Virus record (IMG/VR): IMGVR_UViG_3300042366_001597 | Span: 1 to 26,859 of that record | Strand: one strand, 5' to 3' | DNA from: a virus | Lineage: Duplodnaviria > Caudoviricetes | DNA length: 26,859 nucleotides | Shown here: piece after piece, positions 1-5,902 of the stretch | Numbering within the stretch: position 1 is the stretch's first letter | How the letters are laid out: the number at the start of each line of letters is the position of its first letter | Made by a program: the position numbers and the translations under genes | Notes under the pieces: model-generated | The model's input: only the letters and a program-made list of their open reading frames with translations | The model's database searches: none | What the model was told of the DNA's origin: nothing

Positions 1-728
1 CCGGCACTTCCGGGGCTTTTTACTACAAGCCCGCCAACACTGAAGCCTGTCTTCTCGCCACCGCCTTTCCTGCCACTGGGGCCAACATCACTGTTGGCGT
101 TTTTCTCGGCTTTCGAGTGAATGATCCCATCACTCTTAGCTATCCGGTGGGTTCGACCACTACCAACGCAATTGCTGCTGGCGACTATTTCGTCAAAACC
201 TACGATCCCACTACGGGCGTGATGACGATTAGCACCACCGCTGGTGGCACTGCTGCAACTGCGACTGCTCAACCTTCTGGTTTTGGGGCGGCCAAGGCGA
301 AGATTGTCTACAAGGGCTTCAGTGTTGTTGGGCAGGTTCGTGATTGGAGTTTTGAGATCACTCGCTCTGAGATCGACGTGACCACTATTGGTCAAGGCAC
401 TGGGCAGTACGCACCGTTCCGTAAGTACGTCACTGGTTTTGCAGATGGTAGTGGCACGGCCACTATCTATACCACCGACGAAGAGGAGTCCATCGCCAAC
501 CGCATGATTGAGGATGTAATTCAGCGTCGTCAAACTGGTGCTGCGGTGAAGCTGTATATCGATCAGGTGTTCTCTGGTGGCACTCTTAGCGACTCGCTGA
601 GTCGTTCGATTGAGAGCAAGATCGTTTTGACTTCTGCAAGTCTGAACGTCAACCCCGATGATGCTCAGTCGATTTCGATCAACTTCCGTCCGAGCGAAGC
701 TCCTACTTTTGACCTGACGAAATCCTGA
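1..728 (+). CDS. Major tail tube protein (5'-truncated; ORF is open from the window edge)
   Basis: The frame of 117..728 has no stop back to position 3 (GTSGAFYYKPANTEACLLATAF...). Siphovirus tube-protein motifs are present: VGQVRDWSFEITRSEIDVTTIG, YVTGFADGSGTATIY, LTSASLNVNPDDAQSISINFR. It is followed by a strong terminator and lies upstream of the chaperone and tape measure genes. Confidence 0.85.
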   Translation, partial: GTSGAFYYKPANTEACLLATAFPATGANITVGVFLGFRVNDPITLSYPVGSTTTNAIAAGDYFVKTYDPTTGVMTISTTAGGTAATATAQPSGFGAAKAKIVYKGFSVVGQVRDWSFEITRSEIDVTTIGQGTGQYAPFRKYVTGFADGSGTATIYTTDEEESIANRMIEDVIQRRQTGAAVKLYIDQVFSGGTLSDSLSRSIESKIVLTSASLNVNPDDAQSISINFRPSEAPTFDLTKS

Positions 729-750
729 ATATCTCAGGCATTGATCTGCG

Positions 751-778
751 GCCCCTCCTCCGGGAGGGGTTTTTCTTT
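751..778 (+). terminator. Rho-independent terminator after the tail tube gene
   Basis: GCCCCTCC-TCCG-GGAGGGGT hairpin (751-770) followed by TTTTCTTT. Confidence 0.85.
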
Positions 779-797
779 GTCTGGGCCTGGGACTGGC

Positions 798-803
798 TAG
801 ATT
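798..803 (+). promoter_or_regulatory. Putative late-promoter -10-like motif TAGATT
   Basis: gcTAGATTg lies just after the terminator and 23 nt upstream of ATG 827. It is one of five similarly placed TAGnnT motifs. Confidence 0.45.
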
Positions 804-820
804 GACTGTGTAGCAGCCGA

Positions 821-1501
821 GTGAGCATGTCTGCAGGGGCTTTTCTGATTGGTAGAGGGCCTGACGGGAATGATCTTCCGGTCACTGTTACCGATGAAGG
901 TTTTTTGAAAGTTGATATTCAAGGTGCAACACTCAGCCTGGATGCTGCTGGTGTTGAGATTGCGAATGATGCTGGCAATCCAATTCCTGTTAGTGATGCC
1001 GGCAGCAGCCTGACTGTTGACGGAAAGACTTACCACGCTGCGGTGACGATCACTCGCCCGAGCAACACCACTGCGTATGCCGCTGGTGACGTGGTGGGTG
1101 ACACCGGCGGCAGCGCCATTTTGACCCTGCCCAGCATCGGGCCCAGTGGCGGCTCTGTGCTGATTCAGAGCGTATCGCTGGTGTTCAGCGATGCAGCGGT
1201 AATCAGCGGGGGAGCATTCCGGTTGCATTTCTACCAGTCAAGTCCGACTGCTATTGCAGATAACGCCGCCTTTGATCTGGTGAGTGGTGAACGCGCAAGC
1301 TACATGGGCTATGTTGACATCCCTGCGCCGCTGGATTTTGGCAGCAGCCTATATGCCCAGGCGGACTACCCCGGTCGGTTGATCAAACTCGCATCGGCCA
1401 GCACGACGCTCTACGCCGAGCTCGAAACGCGAGGGGCATACACACCGGCATCGGCCAGCACGATCTCGGTGCGTGTGGCGGCAATGGAGGCTGGCCTGTG
1501 A
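821..1501 (+). CDS. Virion structural protein, putative fibre/decoration base (start GTG 821 or ATG 827)
   Basis: 226-aa ORF with a shaft-like N-terminus (VEIANDAGNPIPVSDAGSSLTVDG) and a beta-rich C-terminal domain (ITRPSNTTAYAAGDVV...PTAIADNAAF). GTGA overlap with the next gene. Confidence 0.6.
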   Translation: MSMSAGAFLIGRGPDGNDLPVTVTDEGFLKVDIQGATLSLDAAGVEIANDAGNPIPVSDAGSSLTVDGKTYHAAVTITRPSNTTAYAAGDVVGDTGGSAILTLPSIGPSGGSVLIQSVSLVFSDAAVISGGAFRLHFYQSSPTAIADNAAFDLVSGERASYMGYVDIPAPLDFGSSLYAQADYPGRLIKLASASTTLYAELETRGAYTPASASTISVRVAAMEAGL

Positions 1502-3261
1502 CGCTGGCGCTGCCATCTAGGCGTGCTGCACTGCTGCCTGGCCGGTGGGTCAGCAACGACCTCTGGCGCCGCGCCCGTGCTGTGCCATCCCTGGACCAGC
1601 GGTTCGCTGAGTCCAAGTCGCTGATCGATGCGGTCAGTGGCCAGAACCTGATCACGTTCACCAGGGCAAGCAGCGGCATGTCTGTAGGCAGCAATGGGGT
1701 GTTGCAGACGGCGGTGACGAATCTGCTGCTGAGGAGTGAGGAGTTTGATGATGCGGCATGGAGTACCACAACAAGCAACGTATCAGTCACCTCCAATACA
1801 GACACGGCTCCAAACGGTACGCAAACCGCTGATACACTTGATTTTACAAATGCTTCTTCATTTAGGTATCAGCAACTCAGTACACCAGCAGGCACCACAT
1901 ACACGTTCTCAGTGTGGCTTGCCTCCAAGACGAAAACCCAAACAGTTATCAGAATTGCTGGGACAGCAACCGGCACAGGTGGGCAGCTTGTTGTTGACCT
2001 CACACCAACACTGACCCGCTATTCCCTCACTGTTACAATCCCTGCCGGGAATACCGCATCAAACGTCGGTTTCGAGAACCGGACGGGAGTAGGTGGCGGC
2101 AATGGAAGCACTGGAACGATCATCGCTTGGGGCGCCCAACTAGAGCAATCCAGCACGGTTGGACCATACATCCCCACCACCAGCACCATCAACTCGGCCC
2201 CACGGTTTGACCATAACCCGCTAACGGGCGAGTGCCTGGGGTTGCTGGTCGAGGAGCAGCGGACGAATTTGTTGCTGCAGTCGGAAAACTTTGGAACAAC
2301 TTGGTCGGCAAATGGCCTTCTTGCTTTTGGCAGTGGCTCAACCCTGAACGCATCAATAGCACCAGACGGGCAAACGACGGCAGATTTAATCACCGAAAAT
2401 ACTTCAAACAGTCAGCACAATGTTAATCAAGTTTCTACAACTACTGGAGCCAAAAGATTTTCTGTATTTGCCAAGCAAGGCCCTGGAAACCGTTTGCTTC
2501 GTTTAGTTGATTTCAATGCTACAGATGGCGCTCAAGGCCAAACTTCTTTTAATCTTTCAACCGGAGCAGTGGTCAGTGGACCCGGAACGATTCAGGCACT
2601 GCCTAATGGATGGTATAGGTGTTCAATTCAATCAACTACTACCGTAACGTCAACGTATTTTATTTCTTTTGCAACAAGTGCATTAGAGTTTGTTTATACT
2701 GGCGACGGCGCATCTGGCATCTACATCTGGGGCGCCCAACTAGAAGCCGGCGCCTTCCCCACCAGCTACATCCCCACCACCGCCACAGCCGTCACCCGCA
2801 GCGCAGATGTGGCTTCGATTACGGGCGCGAATTTCAGTTCGTGGTATCGGCAGGATGAGGGGAGTTTGTTTGCGGATGCTTCTGTTGCCAACTCCGCTGC
2901 AATTTCGCTTTTCTCATTAGATGACAACTCTACAAATAACCGCATTCAGCTTCGCAACTCAAACCTATCCGCAGATATAAGAGTAGTAGCGGCAGGATCC
3001 AGCCAGGCAACTTTGCTTACCTCAAATGCAACAACAGTAAACGCTAGAGCGCGTCATGCTGCCGCATACAGGCTAAATGACTTAGCTGTTGTTCTTAATT
3101 CGGGAACTGTTGCAACACAACTGACAGCGTTACTGCCGGTTGCTACTCAAGCAACTCTGACCACTGCGCCTGGCTCAGCACTCACCAACGGCACCATCCG
3201 CCGCCTCACCTACTGGCCCCAACGCCTCCCCAACTCCACGCTGCAAAATATAACCCTCTAA
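1498..3261 (+). CDS. Head-spike-fibre-like / carbohydrate-binding fibre protein with two tandem modules
   Basis: 587 aa with ITFTRASS, two TNLLLxSExF...WGAQLE...YIPTT modules, PRFDHNPLTGECLGLLVEEQRTNL and VTRSADV. These motifs are typical of the family related to the RcGTA head-spike fibre (recognised from memory, not searched). Lectin-like C-terminal region. Confidence 0.7.
   Translation: MTLALPSRRAALLPGRWVSNDLWRRARAVPSLDQRFAESKSLIDAVSGQNLITFTRASSGMSVGSNGVLQTAVTNLLLRSEEFDDAAWSTTTSNVSVTSNTDTAPNGTQTADTLDFTNASSFRYQQLSTPAGTTYTFSVWLASKTKTQTVIRIAGTATGTGGQLVVDLTPTLTRYSLTVTIPAGNTASNVGFENRTGVGGGNGSTGTIIAWGAQLEQSSTVGPYIPTTSTINSAPRFDHNPLTGECLGLLVEEQRTNLLLQSENFGTTWSANGLLAFGSGSTLNASIAPDGQTTADLITENTSNSQHNVNQVSTTTGAKRFSVFAKQGPGNRLLRLVDFNATDGAQGQTSFNLSTGAVVSGPGTIQALPNGWYRCSIQSTTTVTSTYFISFATSALEFVYTGDGASGIYIWGAQLEAGAFPTSYIPTTATAVTRSADVASITGANFSSWYRQDEGSLFADASVANSAAISLFSLDDNSTNNRIQLRNSNLSADIRVVAAGSSQATLLTSNATTVNARARHAAAYRLNDLAVVLNSGTVATQLTALLPVATQATLTTAPGSALTNGTIRRLTYWPQRLPNSTLQNITL
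2128..2781 (+). repeat. Intragenic direct repeats exactly 600 bp apart
   Basis: TGGGGCGCCCAACTAGA at 2128-2144 and 2728-2744; TACATCCCCACCACC at 2167-2181 and 2767-2781. Confidence 0.9.
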
Positions 3262-3263
3262 CC

Positions 3264-3593
3264 ATGTACTGCTTCCGCTTCCCCACCCGTAACCAATTCC
3301 GCACCCTCGCCGCCGCCGAGGGCCTGATCAACGACGACGACAACCTGATCACCAGCAGCCACACCCACGCCCTCGACGAAATTGGCACCATCCACGAAGG
3401 CGGCACCTACGACCCCGAGACGGGCGAAGTCATCACCCCGCCCGTTGCGCTCTCCGGCTGGCACGTCAACACCATCGGCCTAGCCCCTGAGGCATGGGAC
3501 CAATACCTGGTGGTGGTGAACTCCCCGGCCCGAATCTTCCTCGGCGGCCCCACCCAGGCTCCTGATTCCGCAACCCTGGAGGCCATGGCATGA
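3264..3593 (+). CDS. Small partner protein of the fibre gene (possible fibre chaperone/tip protein)
   Basis: 109 aa, starting 2 nt after the fibre stop, with strongly C-ending codons. Motif ALDEIGTI...YDPETGEVITPPVALSGWHVN resembles genes that follow this fibre family. Confidence 0.65.
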   Translation: MYCFRFPTRNQFRTLAAAEGLINDDDNLITSSHTHALDEIGTIHEGGTYDPETGEVITPPVALSGWHVNTIGLAPEAWDQYLVVVNSPARIFLGGPTQAPDSATLEAMA

Positions 3594-3970
3594 ATCCTGC
3601 CGCGCCGCGCTATAAAGGGTGTGGCCCCGCGTGCGTCAACACCGAGGCCGTGACCAATCCGTTGGAGGACGGACTGATGAGCAAAGACTATCAAGGTTCA
3701 GGCTGGGAGCTTCTAGCCGACAGAAGGCCGCCAGTCGGGGCCATCTGCGACTGGGTTTGCACTAGCCACGGCAAGGTGTCCAGGGGACAGGGCCGCTGGG
3801 TTGAACAGGGATTGGGGACTGCTGACGGTCTCGCTGGCTTCAGGGGCTGCCTGGTGCACTTTCAGGGCTTCGACTGCGCAGGGCAGGGATTGTTTGTATC
3901 TCCTCCCAGTGAAACGAGCTGGAAGCTCCATTTAAACCAAACCCCCGATGACGCCACCCTGGAGGCCATG
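3573..3970 (+). repeat. 15-bp direct repeat ACCCTGGAGGCCATG flanking an inserted gene
   Basis: Identical copies at 3573-3587 and 3956-3970. Both are preceded by a similar peptide-coding stretch (TQAPDSATLEAM vs NQTPDDATLEAM). Confidence 0.9.
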
Positions 3971-3979
3971 AATCAATGA
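3590..3979 (+). CDS. Hypothetical protein (inserted cassette; real start may be ATG 3677)
   Basis: ORF with ATGA overlaps at both ends. The in-frame ATG 3677 is preceded by GGAGGA (3664-3669), which would give a 100-aa MSKDYQGSGWELLADRRPPVGAICDWVC... protein. Confidence 0.55.
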   Translation: MNPAAPRYKGCGPACVNTEAVTNPLEDGLMSKDYQGSGWELLADRRPPVGAICDWVCTSHGKVSRGQGRWVEQGLGTADGLAGFRGCLVHFQGFDCAGQGLFVSPPSETSWKLHLNQTPDDATLEAMNQ

Positions 3980-4152
3980 CCAATCCATATCTACGCGCTG
4001 CCCAGAAGTTCCCCGCCCTCCGCCAGCAGGCCCAGGAACGCCTCAGCAAGCGCCCCGAACACGCAGGCCGCCCGATCATCCCCGATGTGGTAGAGGATCG
4101 CCCCGGCAAGCCAGCAGCGCTTGGCAAGAAGTCCAAGTCTGGGCAGCATTGA
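3976..4152 (+). CDS. Small basic hypothetical protein (58 aa, not in ORF track)
   Basis: Translated by hand: MTNPYLRAAQKFPALRQQAQERLSKRPEHAGRPIIPDVVEDRPGKPAALGKKSKSGQH*. It has an ATGA overlap, GGAGG upstream (3961-3965) and the same C-rich codon style as 3264..3593. Confidence 0.65.
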   Translation: MTNPYLRAAQKFPALRQQAQERLSKRPEHAGRPIIPDVVEDRPGKPAALGKKSKSGQH

Positions 4153-4175
4153 TGATCGGTGCCTACCGCAGTGCC

Positions 4176-4218
4176 GCCTTTGCGCAGAATCCACTAAACC
4201 ATCTGGCTGCGCAAAGGC
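4176..4218. repeat. Perfect 12-bp inverted repeat with 19-nt spacer
   Basis: GCCTTTGCGCAG (4176-4187) ... CTGCGCAAAGGC (4207-4218). Confidence 0.85.
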
Positions 4219-4280
4219 TTGACTGGGCTAATCGCTGGCACGGTTCACATTGAACCCATTGTCTTGAGATTCTTTCTGGC

Positions 4281-4286
4281 TAGCCT
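4281..4286 (+). promoter_or_regulatory. Putative late-promoter motif TAGCCT
   Basis: gcTAGCCTg, 21 nt upstream of ATG 4308. Confidence 0.45.
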
Positions 4287-4307
4287 GATCGTAGGCAGTA
4301 AAAGAAG

Positions 4308-4649
4308 ATGGCGATTCACCCTGCAAAGTGGAATATTTCCCTTCAGCGAAGAGCGGCATGGAGGTATTATGTTGAGCTTCTTGATGAAGCTGATAATCCT
4401 ATTGACTTGACTGGGGCAAGTGTTTATTCTCAGATTTGGGATAAAGACAGAGATACTAAGTATGCTGATTTTTCAATTGAATACATTAATCGCTCGCTTG
4501 GAAAGTTTTACTGGATGTTGGCAGCGGCTGATTCTATCAATCTTCCGTGCGAATGCTTTTATGACATGTTGCTTGTTGACTCACTCTCGACCCCCTATTA
4601 TTTAGTGGAAGGCCTTGCCTTTGTTTCTGAGGGCTATACGTCACCATGA
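4308..4649 (+). CDS. Putative fibre-attachment adaptor (BppU N-terminal-like Ig fold)
   Basis: 113 aa with the pattern ISLQRRAAW...PIDLTGASVYSQIWD...GKFYWML...YDMLLVD...YLVEGLAFVSEGYT. It appears paralogous to 25620..26003. Confidence 0.6.
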   Translation: MAIHPAKWNISLQRRAAWRYYVELLDEADNPIDLTGASVYSQIWDKDRDTKYADFSIEYINRSLGKFYWMLAAADSINLPCECFYDMLLVDSLSTPYYLVEGLAFVSEGYTSP

Positions 4650-5194
4650 CTCAATCTGTAAGCATTGAAAGCGCAATAGGGCAGCCGAAGATTATTCTGC
4701 GTGTTCCTGGGATTGCCGGCCCTCCAAGCCCTGCCCCTACAAAAGAGGTTGGGGTAATGTATCTCAAAAACAACACAACCCCTACTGGGATTTCCTCTGT
4801 CAATGCAAGAGCGGTTGTTAATGGAACAATGCAGACTGGGACCTTGCTAAACTTCGCCAAGGACACTGGCACCAATTCTTTGAGATACTTGGGAGCTGGG
4901 GGGCTCTTTCATGTAATTGCAACTTTTAGTTTTAGTGATGGCTCTCAAAATGTTTGTGGTTTTTACATCGGGAGGAATCAAAACATTTCCTCTTCTTTGG
5001 ACCCGAATGCTGACAGAATCTCTGAATCCGAAATTTATTCCAACTCTGGCTCGTCTTCTAATCAGCCAAAAACTGTGGCTATTCAAACTGTTTGCCAGCT
5101 CAATACAGACGATCGATTGTTTTTCATAGTTCAGAACCAAACCGCTGCCGCGCCCATAACTGTAGAGTTTCTGAAGTTTGTCGCAATTGGGTGA
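4646..5194 (+). CDS. Short fibre / receptor-binding protein with C1q/BclA-CTD-like jelly-roll head
   Basis: 182 aa. N-terminal anchor ...IILRVPGIAGPP; C-terminal beta pattern LRYLGAGGLFHVIATFSF...AIQTVCQLNTDDRLFFIVQN. ATGA-coupled to the adaptor. Confidence 0.5.
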   Translation: MTQSVSIESAIGQPKIILRVPGIAGPPSPAPTKEVGVMYLKNNTTPTGISSVNARAVVNGTMQTGTLLNFAKDTGTNSLRYLGAGGLFHVIATFSFSDGSQNVCGFYIGRNQNISSSLDPNADRISESEIYSNSGSSSNQPKTVAIQTVCQLNTDDRLFFIVQNQTAAAPITVEFLKFVAIG

Positions 5195-5247
5195 TCGATC
5201 TGTCGGCACTTCCTCTTGCTCGACTTGAGTTCTTTTCTTCCCTGAGG

Positions 5248-5253
5248 TAGACT
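5248..5253 (+). promoter_or_regulatory. Putative late-promoter motif TAGACT inside an inverted repeat
   Basis: ggTAGACTt, 28 nt upstream of ATG 5282, centred between TTCCCTGA (5238-5245) and TCAGGGAA (5255-5262). Confidence 0.45.
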
Positions 5254-5281
5254 TTCAGGGAAAGTCGCCCCCGATTAGTTC

Positions 5282-5659
5282 ATGGCTGCTACCCCGACCA
5301 GTTCTTCTACCGGCTCTATGAGGGCCATTGACCGCCTGCGCAAAGCAGCAAATTTTGAACCTATCAAGCAGTCTGTTCTACTTGCAAGCGGTGACGAGCT
5401 GGAATTTTATGTTACACCTTTGACGACAGCCGAACGGGAGAAGGCTCAGAAAAATGCTAAATCTGATAGCACTAACGACTACGCCCTGCAACTTCTGATT
5501 CTAAAGGCCAAGGATGAAAATGGGCAGCCTCTTTTCCGTCCCGGCGATGCTGCAATTCTCAAGCAGGAAGTTGAGGATGAAATTCTTCAGCAGATGATCT
5601 TGAAGGTTCTTCGCCCCGACGAAGAGGGCGAGGCTGAAACCGACCTGAAAAGCAGCTGA
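5282..5659 (+). CDS. Tail assembly chaperone (gpG-like)
   Basis: 125 aa located just upstream of the tape measure gene, with motifs FYVTPLTTAEREK and LLILKAKDENGQPLF and an acidic C-terminus ending DLKSS. Confidence 0.85.
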   Translation: MAATPTSSSTGSMRAIDRLRKAANFEPIKQSVLLASGDELEFYVTPLTTAEREKAQKNAKSDSTNDYALQLLILKAKDENGQPLFRPGDAAILKQEVEDEILQQMILKVLRPDEEGEAETDLKSS

Positions 5660-5843
5660 GGCTGAGCTAGAGAAAGATACAAGGCTCTTCTTTCAGCTGC
5701 AGCTGGCAGAAGAGCTTAAGATGACTCTTTCTCAGCTAAAAGATGCCGTAACAGAAGAAGAGCTAATTCTGTGGCAGTTGTATTATTCCATCAAAGGCAA
5801 AAGACAGAAAGCTGAGATGGAAAAGATCAAAAAACGCCGCTAG
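5649..5843 (+). CDS. Tail assembly chaperone extension (gpT-like), probably expressed by frameshift
   Basis: Open +1 frame between TGA 5646-5648 and TAG 5841-5843: KAAEAELEKDTRLFFQLQLAEELKMTLSQLKDAVTEEELILWQLYYSIKGKRQKAEMEKIKKRR*. The LAxxLxMTLxxL...EExxxW pattern is typical of gpT-like moieties. No ATG occurs until the middle of the motif. Confidence 0.75.
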   Translation, partial: KAAEAELEKDTRLFFQLQLAEELKMTLSQLKDAVTEEELILWQLYYSIKGKRQKAEMEKIKKRR

Positions 5844-5867
5844 TCCGACCGGGCCAGCGGCTTTTTT
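5836..5867 (+). terminator. Rho-independent terminator between chaperone and tape measure genes
   Basis: GCCGCTAGTCC-GACC-GGGCCAGCGGC hairpin (one mismatch) followed by TTTTTT. It overlaps the TAG of the extension. Confidence 0.75.
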
Positions 5868-5872
5868 GTGCC

Positions 5873-5878
5873 TAGACT
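5873..5878 (+). promoter_or_regulatory. Putative late-promoter motif TAGACT
   Basis: ccTAGACTg immediately after the terminator and 24 nt upstream of ATG 5903. Confidence 0.5.
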
Positions 5879-5902
5879 GTTAGCACGAGGAACCGTCGAG
5901 GC

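Noticed and set aside
117-728. GTG 117 as the start of the tail tube gene
   Set aside because: The frame is open to the window edge and encodes the conserved-looking N-terminal GTSGAFYYKP, so the real start lies upstream of the window.
724-738. CCTGA-ATATC-TCAGG hairpin at the tube gene stop
   Set aside because: Only 5 bp, which could arise by chance; the real terminator lies just downstream.
4171-4256. Integron attC site, tRNA or intrinsic terminator
   Set aside because: It lacks properly placed RYYYAAC/GTTRRRY ends, a cloverleaf with T-loop consensus, and a U-tract on either strand.
1498-4260. Diversity-generating retroelement or invertible shufflon acting on the fibre gene
   Set aside because: No reverse transcriptase or invertase is in the window, the repeats are short and direct, and no TR/VR pair with adenine-specific mismatches was seen. 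An element outside the window cannot be excluded.
4219-4410. 63-aa ORF starting at TTG 4219
   Set aside because: It overlaps the better-supported 4308..4649 gene in another frame and has no RBS or recognisable motif.
5282-5670. Canonical -1 frameshift or stop readthrough for the chaperone
   Set aside because: No XXXYYYZ heptamer lies near the 3' end, the -1 frame terminates at TAG 5668-5670, and readthrough of TGA 5657 meets another TGA after one codon.
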